Shown: positions 26,305 to 39,086 of the stretch, piece by piece
How positions within the stretch are numbered: position 1 is the stretch's first letter
How the letters are laid out: each line of letters starts with the position of its first letter
NCBI GenBank assembly: GCA_048013815.1
Contig: CM106585.1
Location: 23,374,001-23,438,000 of the forward strand
DNA length: 64,000 nt
From: Setoptus koraiensis
Taxonomy: Eukaryota > Animalia > Arthropoda
Direction of reading: 5' to 3'
Notes under the pieces: model-generated
What the model was told of the DNA's origin: nothing
Databases searched by the model: none
What the model saw: only the letters and a program-made list of their open reading frames with translations
Program-made: the position numbers and the translations under genes

Positions 26305-26481
26305 CGAAATAGTTATTCGTGATTCACGCACATGCCTTGTTTTCTCCTTCTAGCGTTACTCAATGAACCGATAAAGCCAATGTTCTGAGAGCACCTTCCA
26401 TTGTACCGGCTGAGGCTTTGTAGTTGACTATCTGGGAGTTTCCATCACTAGCAATAGCTATTATTAATAAGCAAATAATAA

Positions 26482-27039
<558 letters not shown>

Positions 27040-27195
27040 TGTTGTTCAGGGCCTATTTTGAATTAAATGATAAACTAGAAACGCTAAAAGCTCAAACGAG
27101 TGGCTTACTCTTTCTTGATTTCTAATTTTGTTCTACTACTATCAATATTTATTTTATCCATAAGCATACATTTCTTGGACATTATCTACTGCATT

Positions 27196-29009
27196 CTAAC
27201 AATATCCCGGTCCCACAATAGGTTCAGCCATAATACCTCTACTCTTTATCCTACAACGTAGTTGCTCAACCCGTTCAGAGAAATCACCGATATCTCTAAC
27301 ATCTCGCGGACTCCACAACCTTTCAGCGGTTGTTGAAGTCCTTGGCCAAACTCGGCTTATAATGTTGGTTTCGTCAACATATTCTGTCCACATGCAAGCC
27401 TCGCCTCCCAGTACCAGGTCATACTGCTCTTTATTGCCTACGAAATCTTGCGGGTCGCAATTGTAAAACTTTACCCAATCTTGGCCGTAATTGATATAGT
27501 TCATATACCAGCACGAGCTCAGAATAGCTAAATGGCCGGCTTGCGTCACCCTTGTCATTTCAGCAGTATAGCCTAGAGGGTCATTAATGTACTTCCAGAC
27601 ATGAACGATTGTACCTTTCTTTAGCTTGGCACCATTATCGAATATTTCTTGCCAAACCATGGGCACTTTCTTGTAGTACCTGAGAATATTAAGGATCCGG
27701 TAGATATAGTGTCCCTCAAGACCCTGATAGCTAGTAATGTTATTCTTATTCATCCAACTATTGATATTCGGGTTCGAAGCCCAACAACTATAATCAACTT
27801 CGTCACCACCTGCATGAAAGTACTGATCGGGGAAGACACTTGCTAATTCTTTGATGAATTTGTTCATAAAAACGTAAGTTCCAGGTTTCACTGGGTCTAT
27901 AGGTCCAACGTCACCGTTTAGTTTATCATTCTCATCATAGCAATCTGTGAGTAACTTAGGTATCACTCTCATGGCATAAGAGTGACCAGGCGTGTCAAAT
28001 TCCGGTACCACTCTGATTCCTCTCAATCTTGCATATTCCAAAATATCCGCCACATCCTGTTGAGTGTAGATCATGTTAGGCTTGAAAGCTGAAGTTTTGG
28101 ACAGCTGAGGAAACGTTTCAGACACATATGGGAACGATTGGTCATCCACAATATGCCAGTGAAAAACGTTGAGCTTGTTGTAGGACATAGCATCTAAATT
28201 TTTTCTTATGATTTCAAGAGGAATAAAGTGTCGTGCAGTATCCATCATGAATCCTCTATACCTGAACCTAGGTGCGTCATCTATGATAGTCTCATTAATA
28301 CAATACAGAGATCTAGAATCGGCTAATTTGTAAACCAACTGGGAGAATGTCTCCAAACCTCTGAGGAAACCCCAGTTGCTTGATGAAGTCAATGTTGCGC
28401 TTGGAGTGCCATTTGGTCCATTCGAATTCACTGATAGGTTATAGGATTCTATCATGAAATCATGGGGCCAGTCCTCACAGATCAAATTGTTATAATTATA
28501 ATTGTATGTTTGCGATTCCAATGTATCACCAACAGTTCTTGGTGTTACCACCAGTTGAAGTGAAGTCAAAAAGACTGAGGTAGAGTTGAAGTTATATAGA
28601 TCGGCTTCAGGCCGCTTGTATGAATACATTAAAGATTCATCATCGAAGATAAGATTTTCTCGCTTGTATCTTTCAACAGCTTTGGTTATCATGTCACATC
28701 CTGGATCGGACAACGTCCAACCGATGTCAAAGGTCTTTGAATCAATCCGTATAACATTATTTGATTTCTTGATTGAGGCAGGTTGAGGTACGACAGTGCC
28801 CTGAGCTCGCTAATAGGGGAGAAAGGTAATGTCAATCATGTGTTGGCCTTGTTATAATAGAGATTCAAAGGATGAAGCATACTTACTCTGACTGCTGTGC
28901 GTTCATATCCAAAAAGATTATTATTTCGATTGTCCGTCGACTCAACTTTTGCAGTAAAAGCCCAGGACACTTGCAAGATAAGTAGCAGAATGTTTACGAA
29001 GGCCATCAT
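27196..29009 (-). CDS. HEXB: beta-N-acetylhexosaminidase, GH20, HEXA/HEXB-type, ~578 aa
   Basis: complement(join(27196..28809,28887..29009)); the acceptor could instead be 28800. Signal peptide in exon 1. Motifs DAPRF.YRG.M.DTARH, NVFHWHIVD.QSFP, PEFDTPGH, catalytic HAGGDEV, GGEACMW.E and WPR. HEXA versus HEXB orthology not resolvable. Confidence 0.93.
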
Positions 29010-29759
29010 TTTATTAGTGGCTGTCGGGACTTGTTGATGGTAAAAATAGATGCTTCGCGCTCTTCTTTCGTAATAGTCAAACTGTAAATTAACTTCTCGA
29101 TCGTATTACGCTCAAATGAACCATGGGGTGATGGACGGGCGATCATAATAGAAGCACATCAAGTCCTTAGAAACAAAAACACCCCAACTTTGTCTTTTTC
29201 AAGCGCTAGATTAAAAGATTATGCAATCGATCACCACAAATCTATTGACCTAACATTGTAAATATAGCAAAAATAAGTTAGCAACATCAAACTGTTAACT
29301 GTAACAAACGATACTATAACTAATTTCATATCCACACATTATAACAATACAATAAATTTTCATGATACCTTATCTTTGTTCCATAGTTCGTTTACTCGGT
29401 TGGCGTATACTTTGTACTTATCACATGAAAAATCTTAGTTGATTGCAATCAACATTTTCTTTTCTCTAAAGCACTTGATTGTTGCCTCAGATCGCTTCTC
29501 GCGAAACTTTAGCTCATTGATTCCAATCGACAGTCTGGATGAAGAGAAACTCTCACAACAGTTGATAGATATTTCACGTAGGCGATTAGGTTTGGACAAT
29601 ATGAGAATATACCATATGTCCACTAAATACCTCAACTGTTGGTTCGCAGTACGGTCTACAGGAACTCACATTCGCCTTTGTATCATCATTGGCAAAGTAC
29701 AGAGATAAGATTGTGATCACGCTATCAATTTTAGATTTTATCAGCATTTGTTTTAGAAA

Positions 29760-31145
29760 CTACTGAGCGTCCATAAATTGAACATCCGAATATAGAAGAG
29801 CATGTTCTGGCGGTAAAGGTTTGGGTTGAGGGGAGAGTATAGTGACCGTATCTTCTTCTTCGTTCACACTGGTTATGCATAAGAAACATAGCACGTTCTT
29901 TTCTAGCAATATACTCTTGTCATCTTGCAGCTCTTCGATTTTCGCATAAGATACAGCAATAATGTGATGCAGTAAATCTGTAGATAAGCTTTCTATGGAT
30001 GACACCTTCAATTGATTGTCCTGAGTCTTAGTACCCAGTGGCATGAGTGAGTCAGGTAGCATTAGCGATGGATTACCTATCCTATATAAAATATTCTTTA
30101 GGTGAGAGAATTTTAGTTCGAACGTGGCCGGATACAAACGATCATTTGTTCTTCCATAAAAGTATTCCCTAATACGCTCATTCCTAGCCTCTATTTTTGC
30201 TTCTGGTGGTGAAATCGTGACACCACCGGATTTGGGTGTGAGAATCACTTTTGTATCATCAATTAAATCTTTCTGAAGATCATTGTGCAGTTGATCGTCA
30301 TCTATGACTAAAATAATAGTAGGTCGAAATGACTTGCATGCCTTGATTAGAGCTTTGTAACCTGACTCATCATAACTAAGCCCACAAGTGTTGATGACCG
30401 CTCCAGATTGCTTACTTTTACGGTCTTGCTCCAATTTTTTGTGTACAATTTTGGCCATGTTATCCATGAGTGTCTCATAAAGCAATGTATTCTTATTGGC
30501 TCTGTCAACGGCCGGCGTTAAATGTCCAAATGGCAAAAGCATGGAAGAGGACAAAGAGAATCCTTCTTCGATATCAATTGGCGATTCTACAGACAAAGCT
30601 CCCACAGTTCCCGGTAGACCTATCTGACCTTGACCAGGGTCTAAATCTACAAATATGGGTGTTCGACCACGACGAGTGGCGTAATTTAGTAATATCCTAC
30701 ATAGGGTTGACTTGCCCACATTACTACGTCCACATACAAGACAAACGGGCGATGGAGTTTGTGGGGTATCCTGAGCTGATTCCGGGTTAAGCTCCTGAGT
30801 TTGCGAGTCATTCTGTTGGTGTTGTTGCTGGAGTTGTTGTTTTCGCTTTTGTTCTAACTCTATCCGATGACGTTCCTGGTCTAATAATCCATGTACATTC
30901 AAGTAGAAGCTATTGGGTGTTTCGCGACCAACATAAATGCTTTTGGGTTCGCCAGTTACTTCAATCGTTGCACCTTGATAGGTGAAGGCGGCCATTTTTA
31001 GTCCTGATGAAATGGTATACGATTTATTGATGAGCATCTCAGTTCCAAATATCTCCGCGGTTCCCCTACGGAGCTCCAGCTGGATGGGAACATTTCCAAC
31101 TTGAAATCTCAATTCTTGGCCCTCTTCTAGATCGTAGGTTATCAT
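29760..31145 (-). CDS. CLP1: polyribonucleotide 5'-hydroxyl kinase CLP1, 461 aa, intronless
   Basis: L...ELRF...G.AEIFGTE; P-loop G..NVGKST; R.P.FVDLDPGQG; VINTCG; TILSPQP.PLP. Confidence 0.95.
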   Translation of the reverse strand: MITYDLEEGQELRFQVGNVPIQLELRRGTAEIFGTEMLINKSYTISSGLKMAAFTYQGATIEVTGEPKSIYVGRETPNSFYLNVHGLLDQERHRIELEQKRKQQLQQQHQQNDSQTQELNPESAQDTPQTPSPVCLVCGRSNVGKSTLCRILLNYATRRGRTPIFVDLDPGQGQIGLPGTVGALSVESPIDIEEGFSLSSSMLLPFGHLTPAVDRANKNTLLYETLMDNMAKIVHKKLEQDRKSKQSGAVINTCGLSYDESGYKALIKACKSFRPTIILVIDDDQLHNDLQKDLIDDTKVILTPKSGGVTISPPEAKIEARNERIREYFYGRTNDRLYPATFELKFSHLKNILYRIGNPSLMLPDSLMPLGTKTQDNQLKVSSIESLSTDLLHHIIAVSYAKIEELQDDKSILLEKNVLCFLCITSVNEEEDTVTILSPQPKPLPPEHALLYSDVQFMDAQ

Positions 31146-31623
31146 GGTAGATTCTTTATTTAGATCGAACAGGACGAAGACAACATCAAAACTATCTAAA
31201 TTTGTTATTTAATATCTGCTAATATAAAATTATCGGTGGGGAGATAGCAAATGAATAAATATTTGCACCAATAAAGGGGTGATTTCATTCACAACATGCC
31301 GGTGATCAGGCGAAACAACATGTGTTTTTCTCTGGGAGCGACACACGGAAAAATCCCGCACATGCTGTCCCAAATTCCACATACACGAACATGAAAATCC
31401 CCTGGATATTCTTGGGGCAAAATGATGTTTCATTTTTTCGTGTCTGGTGTTCCTGCAGAGACTCTTTGGCTAACTTTCAACCGTTTTCACGATTTCTTCC
31501 TTTTGGCAACCGATTAATGATTTCTACCCGAACACTATTTGTTTGTAACTGCTTTCTTGCTAGTTCATGGTAACAAAGAATTGTTAATCTATAAACTTAT
31601 AATGTCTCCAGAGCTGCGCGCCA

Positions 31624-34600
31624 TCAGTAGGTGGTATCGCTACTCATAGAGAAACTGATTATACTCTGCAAGCCATTTACGCTATGGCGAGTTCGAGAGA
31701 TGCTGATACGTTTCGATGATTCTTGACCCAAACCCGACCTCATGTCTGTCCCGGTTTTGTGGCGTTCTTTTGAAGCTATTCGAGCCTGCGATGAAAGACC
31801 GTCCTTTACTTCTTTGCTAGAACGCATTTCTATATATTGCCTTTCCAATTTTTCGGAAAGTTTTGGGTCTAGCCCTTTTCCAATATTCATAGATCCGTGT
31901 TCACGTTTGGGAATAGTGTTTACCAGTTGAGCTTGTTGGGGAATGTCACTTCTTATGTTTGGCTGATAACCAGGAACTATCCTATTGGACGGCTTTACAG
32001 AACTGGGTTTGCTATCAACTCTGGCATTCACTGGATAAGTGGAGTTTTGTCTTCTACCAATCACAGTTTTATGTTTCACATGATTAAGGTGATTGATTTC
32101 AAAAGACGAAACTGATGATGACGATAGATATTGTTGATGTACGTCGCTATCAAACAATTTCTTTTTGTGACGCAATTGAGCTGTATTAATATGATGATCA
32201 TTACTGTACCATAAATCAAGATCTGATAACCGTTGGCTTTTTTGTCTAGATGCAGTTGGCTCTGATTCTTTAGAGGTTAGATCATCGAGATCTCTACCAG
32301 AGGATGATGATTGTTCATTCGGATTATTCAACTCAGGTCCTCTCGAACTGTCTTTTGTTCTAGAATGGTGTTGTAGAAACACTTTTTGGTCGCAATTAAT
32401 AGAGCTACCCTTCTTGTCATCTGAATGTATGGATGCTCTTGCATTTATGGTCGGACTCACACGATTCTTGTTGATTGACCTCTTCACATTCGGGGTGTGC
32501 TGCTTCTTACTTCGACTAGCTTGGTGCAGCGACAATCGATTGTTAATATCCTCCGCTACTAGACGCTCGAGTAACTTATTGTCTATCGGCTGTTTAATAT
32601 TAGATCTGCGATGATAATCGAAATCTCTTCGCTGTTCCATACCGGGTCTAACTTTGGTTTCTTCAACTGTACGCTGAATTTCAATCGGTCTTCGCTCATC
32701 TATGGGCCTTGTGATAAGGTTTGGTTGAACTTGTTGCTCGCTACTGTTCTCAAAGTTCGATAGTTGATTAGAACGTGTCATCGACTGCTCTTTGATGCTA
32801 TTGCTTGTCAATGTTGTTCTTCTAAGAGATCTCCTGAGTATATCGATATTTTGCATAGCATGCAAATGATCTATGGCCTGTTTATCAAGAATGTCGCTCA
32901 TGCTGAGTTCGTTATATTTAATTAATAGCCAATTAGTGCGAGCCTCACGCTTAGTTAGCCAAGGTTTGATGTGCAACTCATTGAAGTCCATAAATCTTCC
33001 ATACATAGTTTTGTTATATCCCATGAGACAATCTAGACCTCTTATGAGATGATCGTTCATTTTATATTGAATTCTAAAAAAAATGGGGGCCGTTGGTTCG
33101 ATTTCGCGTCTAATATTTAAGGCCAATATTATGGGTTTTGTCAGATTTCCCTAGATTAGGAGTTGAACAATAAAATAGTGCCCAGAACAATTAAACATTG
33201 CACCAGCCACTACTTATCAGTTTTAGTGCATAGGAGGTAGAGTTTGATTTTTGTCAAACAGATAACTCCACTTACAATTATAATTATGGAAAGCGCTATG
33301 ATGATCATAATAGTTCGCGCGAACAATATTTGATGTTTGCCTTGCCTTCGTTCTGTCACTTGAACAGTCAAAGCAAAGGCGATAGATCCTTTGAGACCGC
33401 CAATTGCCATCATCAATTGCTCATGGAAAGTTACTTTTGCTTGTGCACCATAGCACCTATTGAAAACTAGAGACAATGCCAGAACAACTTGATAACAGTG
33501 GGCAGGATTGATGAGTAAGTAACACCTCCTATCTGATTTATATTTAAAGATCACCACTATCATGATAGATTATAGAAGATTTGGAGAGTTAGATAGAAAA
33601 AGATGTTCACTTACCGAAAAAACGGTAGAAGATTGTCAAAATGGTGAGCGTGGCAATGAATTTGTAGTTCCAGATATAGTATCCCTCCAAAAAATTGGTA
33701 TTCTTGTCTGATGTCGCTGCTGTTGTATGATATGTGTGCGTCATTGCTTCCTTCGAACTATTATCAACAAGCTCGATGCCAATCAAGGTATATATTAATG
33801 TATCGCTCATAGTTTTCATTCCAGATAGCACATCTAAAACGGCTACCTGCGATCTATAAGATAGATTGTGTTTGATATATTGGTCTTGTAAGAGGCCAAA
33901 TGTTATCATTGTGATTATAGGTGATATGCCTAGAGAATCTGAAACAATGTAGGAGGTATAGGCTATAGTGATAACTACTACGGTTTCGATGATATTCAGT
34001 CTAGCGCCTCTATAGCGTCCACCCGCGAAGGTACTTTGACTTGTCAATAACAAGGCCAGCAAAGCGAATAGTAGACCTATGACTATGGCTCCAACGAACA
34101 TTATGAAAAATGTTATACAGGCAGTATAAATACGTACTACAGTCACTCTTCCATCATCCAGGAAACCACTCACCAATTCGTTCAGGGCTACGACCACGGC
34201 ATCTGAATTTTCGAAAGATAGACAAAATATATAGTAGTGTTCCTTGTGATATTAGTGACCAAAGAAATCTTCGCGGACATATCACTGTTAAACATTATTT
34301 CATTGATTCGTATATTTCACTGTTGCTTACTATTGATTAAACTTTCGCCCGTGATCAAATAGTACAATTTTTTGTCAATGCTTATCTCTCGCGCCAAAGA
34401 TTGTATAGTATTGAGGTCCAATGAACTGAGTATTGTTCCCAACAGCATACATTCTGCGGGAACCAAATTCAAATGTATGCTAGAAATAGAAGTGTTCGCT
34501 TCGTTGCGGAGAGATTCATTTTTGTCACTTTTTAATAAGCTTTGATCAAACAAATCGCTTTGCCCAAAACCATAGATTGTAGACCCTAAGAGTACTGCAT

Positions 34601-35600
34601 TGAATAGTGTCCCCTAAATAGATACGATGAATAGAAAGAATCAGAATAGATTGCGATAATTTATGATACCTCTTAGATAATCTGTCGCTGAGTTATATCT
34701 GTAACTTACAATGATTGAATGTGTTAATATTGGAAAGATAACAAGAAAAAACGATCTTTTTCCAAGAGATAATGAATTCTCTATGATGATTCTGATTATA
34801 ATCAAGAGGAGAGAGCTTTCTATATTAACAGTTCATTTTTTGTTCAAGTGATTGTCGTGTTCTTTCCCATTGGACTACTTACGAGGGCAGAAAAAAGTAA
34901 AAGTATATTCTTGAGTTTAACTTTGGTATTAGGTGATTATGAGGTATATACTGTGCAATCATTCCCCAGAACACGCCAAATACGATGAGTATTCTACATG
35001 CAAAAGAGGTAAATCGAAAATATCAATTAGAGATCTTTTCTCGAGCAAGTGCTTATTGTTTTTTGGTTATGATACTCACGTAGATTCGTTGATCTTATTG
35101 TTGAGTATCGTAAACCTTGTATACAGCACTTTCATTAGAGTTACACAAATTATAAAACCACAATATATCAAAATCCTGTAGACGGTGCCAACACTTTGAT
35201 TGTGCTGTGAGTCGTTCGGAACTTGACTAGACTTTGGTGGTACTACTACAACTGGTGTGTCTATTCCGGGTAGTGTTGTTGTTTCTACTTTAGTATTATT
35301 TGAATCATTGGACACCTCGGTGGGACTAGATAGAATTGTGTTGTTTTTATCACCATCAGATGATGTGAAATTGTAATTGTTATTCTCTGAATCATTTGGA
35401 TCAGATTGCTCATTGTTATTGTCGTTATTGAAGTTGACAGGTGTTGTACCAGGAATTTTCGGAAACGATATATTTTTGGTATAATCCTCAAGCATACCAT
35501 GACGAAAAGAGTTCCTACTTCCGTTAGCCAACTCAAATTCTAAGATGAAAGAAGCACAGATCAATGACACAATAATTCTAGTTGTCTTTATAAAAAACAT
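31624..35600 (-). CDS. SLC9A/NHE-family Na+/H+ exchanger-like protein, ~1107 aa, 7 exons
   Basis: complement(join(31624..33150,33276..33487[or 33532],33615..34202,34331..34613,34710..34791,34883..34993,35080..35600)). Motifs NESTILIVFG, FYFFLPSII, GTLFNA, GESLIN, QLMMAIGGLKGSIAFAL, G..TKP and an NHE-type tail (DHLIRGLDCLMG). Confidence 0.88.
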
Positions 35601-36295
35601 GACGCGTTCACAATTGATTGACAAAAAGGTGATAGATAGCGACACTGTCTATTTCTTATAGTTATCCCAATGTCTGTTAATTGATCGGCCACCTGATAAA
35701 TTTCCTGTTTCATTTTAAGAGCTCAGCTTGATATTTTCACTATGAGATGTATTTTACCAAATCAACGACGTTGAATGACCCTTCATGAACTCCGTGCGTT
35801 GAATCGCCCTCTTGCCACAGATTAGATTCGCATCAGTGATTGGCATTAGTGGGAACCAGAGCACGCGATCAATCAATTAGAAGATAGCGTTCGTGGAGTT
35901 ATGATTCAACTGTTTTGACCATTTGCAAGATTGCAAAACAAACATGAGCCCGCCAAGCTTCATTGATGTCATAATATGACAAATGATTGTGATTTAGAAG
36001 TTCAGCGAAGGGAAATTATATTGCCGGATGGAGTGACAATCAGGTATGAGTCGTGCCATCAATCAGTCAGATGAATTCATCATCGCCAACTAATTAAATG
36101 TATTAATAGTATTGGTATTCGGAGTCAAAGAAATCAGAGCAAAGCGAGTCCATTGTATCATGTAGTCAGAAAAAGTTGGTATGTAATCAGAGAATGATTA
36201 TGTTTAATGTTAGTTCGTCGAGAAGTAGTATAGCCAATTTATCTCGAGAATTCCATCGACGGGAACAAAATATTCAAAATTTGATTGCATTGAAT

Positions 36296-38351
36296 TCATC
36301 TTTTGGCCATTTTATGTTCGAACTTCTTTTGACTTTTCTGACGCTGATTAACGGAATCAACAACTTTTCGTTTGTTGCGTAATTTTTCAACTTTCCTTTT
36401 CTTCTCACGACGAGTCTTGGTAATTCTATCATACAAACGTTTCTTCTTTTTGGGAATCATCATGACACCCATCCTCTTATGTTCAGCTTCTTCTTCTTCT
36501 TCTAGCTTCTTTTTGTCGACCAACATCAGCTTTCCAGGTTTAACATTCATCGCCGCACGAGACTTGGATTTGTTGCTGTCCCTCTCCTTCTTTCTAAGCT
36601 TCTTTTCGCGGTTTTTCACTGTGTTAGCATTGGTCAAGACCTCTCTTGAAACTTTCTTGTTGCCAAACTCATCCACTTCATTAAATTCGGAATTAGCAAC
36701 GAGTTTTTGTCTCTTAACATTGATAGGTTTAGTAACTGCTTCAGCTTTAGTGTCTTCTGCCTCACTGTCTTCTTCATTTACTTCAAATTCACTATCAGGA
36801 CCTTCGCTCACATTACCATCTTTGACATTCTGTTCGTCCAACTTTTCCGATTCATATCTTTTACGTATCTCATCCATCTTGATTTTGTCAGGGGGAACAT
36901 AGTCTCCCTTCTTTTCAGCGACAAATGGAGACAAATGAGGTGGCAACTTTGATCCTGGAAAGTATTCTTGAGCAGGCAGTAACATGCGGTTGTTGACAGA
37001 GTCAAACACCCATTGTGGTTGAACATAAATTCGATTAAGACGCTTCTCACGTACGGTATCTCTATCAATGATATGATGAGTGATAGACTCATCAGACTCG
37101 TCAAATGTTGCTCCAGGGAAAACACTACTGTCCCAAGAGACTTCACCGCTAAAACTTCGGATAACAAATGTTAGCGATTCGCGAGGAACTTCTCTGTTCA
37201 AAAAGAATTTTAATCCTTTGAAGAGATTTTCTAGCGCCAGAGTTTGATGAAAGCTAAGTTGATTGCTATTGACAGCTGAAGTGTCATCTTGGTCTTGAAA
37301 AGAGTCTACTTGTTGGTCCATGCTTTCCGCATTTGATACAGATTTGTTATTTATAGTTTTGATGGGCTTGTTCAGTGTGGACACAAGTTCATTTCTAGTT
37401 TCATATTCATTACCATCATCGTCGTCCTCACCGGGTCTGATTTTGGTTTTGCCAGCCACAACAGCATCTTTCAATTTGCCAATTTCTATCTGTGGGGGAT
37501 AAATTGCGTTGATGTTTCTGTAAAGTTTGAAATTGATGAAGCCTAATAGTGTAATATAGAACTCTGTAAATGTGCGCATAACATTTAAATCTACATTTGA
37601 GACTCTCTGATTTGAGAATTGTGTTTAGTAAAGATTTTCGTGATTAGTTGTATTATTATACTGTGAGATCAAAAAGGGGATTGAGACTAATTGTATATCA
37701 ACTTACATCTATCACAAAATGATGTGGAACGACCCAAGTGACGGTTTGGCCGGCAATATCTGCCTGATAGTAATAGCCTTTTATGGATATGAATACCTTC
37801 CGTAAGCTGTGACTATGTATGACAAAGTGCATAAATTCTATTGTTAATCTTCTACTCATGTCAATGATTTCATCCGGTCTACCACCTCCCTTGGCGAACA
37901 TAGAGAATAGGAAGCACATACTGAGGGCATCATCACAATCTCGTAGAGCGTCTACGAATCTAGGGTATCTTTCTTTAACGACATCATTCAGCCTATAGAT
38001 AGGCTCTGTTTCTTTTACTCGGTTAAGTTTCTCTAGATCGTGACGTCCCTTAGCTTTTGAAATACGCTTCATGAAAACTTTGAAGTCCCAGAATTTATGC
38101 ACAATGGGTTCATGCATTAGATGCTGTATATCGTTGGTGAAATAATAGGTTTTGTGGCGTGAATTTCCCTTGGTGACCTTTGTTTTGTTTTTGGGTTCCA
38201 CCGGGTACACACCCTTGAGAATACATAGTCTTCTAAAATCTTTAAGTGAGAGCTGTAATTTGCGGACGGCAGCTGCTCTCGACAAGTAGGCCTTAGCTAA
38301 GCCAGTCTTCCTCCTCTCTTTTACTTTACGTTTGGATAATTTTTTCACCAT
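36296..38351 (-). CDS. PES1: pescadillo homolog, 651 aa
   Basis: complement(join(36296..37606,37707..38351)). YLSR..AVRKLQLSL.DFRRLCILKGVYP, KERYP.F.DALRD.DDALSM, BRCT (YVQPQWVFDSVN) and LPPHLSPFV. Confidence 0.96.
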
Positions 38352-38377
38352 TCTTGCCCCTTTATTACTTTATTATG

Positions 38378-38749
38378 TTAAATTAATAATGTGGGTGTTT
38401 GAGCTACTTTCTTGATGCAAAAGCGACAGTCCTGGCTCTTCCACGTGCCGAACAAGATTAAACTGGTGACAACTCTCGTATAGTGCACTGTCTTGAATCT
38501 TATCAACGCCTTGTATTGAGATAACTCAGAGGAAAATTTCAAGACGGTAACTTCATTAGCTATATCACCTTGAATTGTTTGGATCGCCGTGGCTACAAGA
38601 AATTTGAATTCTTTCTCCTCCAATGCGTGATGTTTTTCTCTGAATGTTAGTTCAATATCTGCGAACATGTGATGATGTTTAATAGTATTGTTACTCATTA
38701 CTCTGGGGGAAACGGATGAATAATCATTGATAAAATGATCATGAAACAT
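38378..38749 (-). CDS. RPP14: RNase P/MRP subunit, Rpp14/Pop5 family
   Basis: Size and pattern (FK..V..A......G....V.VL.F......LIR........V.TSL.L.......C...I.KV.....LL) resemble Rpp14. Start codon could be a later Met. Confidence 0.65.
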   Translation of the reverse strand: MFHDHFINDYSSVSPRVMSNNTIKHHHMFADIELTFREKHHALEEKEFKFLVATAIQTIQGDIANEVTVLKFSSELSQYKALIRFKTVHYTRVVTSLILFGTWKSQDCRFCIKKVAQTPTLLI

Positions 38750-39086
38750 TTAAATAATAATAAATAAATCGGGTCGCCAACGTGTTTCAAGAACCACACG
38801 AGCTACAAGTGCACCAAAAAAGTCATGCTGCTTCTCAAAACATCGGCGCTATATTCAAATTAACATTTAACTCAAAGTGATCGGAGGAGTTTCCTCCCCG
38901 AGGAGCACGCACAGAGAAGAAGAAAATCATTGCTTCCCGAAAACCTATGTAATTGTTCAGTATTCGATGCTGACGAGGAGTCCCTCCTCCCCAAAAGAGT
39001 AGTCAAATATCAATCTAGTCAAATATTGTTATTATTGTAAAATATTGTGGAAGCTAGTCCAAATCTTTAATATCACAGTAGTACTA

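Noticed and set aside
27770-27782. GGGTTCGAAGCCC, a tRNA T-loop/B-box-like motif
   Set aside because: It is the antisense of hexosaminidase codons (WASNP), with no D-arm, anticodon arm or acceptor stem around it.
29435-29708. 89-aa plus and 66-aa minus ORFs between hexosaminidase and CLP1
   Set aside because: No homology and no supported upstream exon; the region overlaps the likely CLP1 3' UTR. Unresolved rather than excluded.
35720-36110. Minus-strand frame that reads like a decayed protein
   Set aside because: About 7 stops in ~128 codons, near random expectation for this base composition.
38883-38989. Two similar GAGGAG/CTCCTC 6-bp hairpins upstream of RPP14
   Set aside because: Too short to distinguish from chance or simple purine-pyrimidine promoter tracts.
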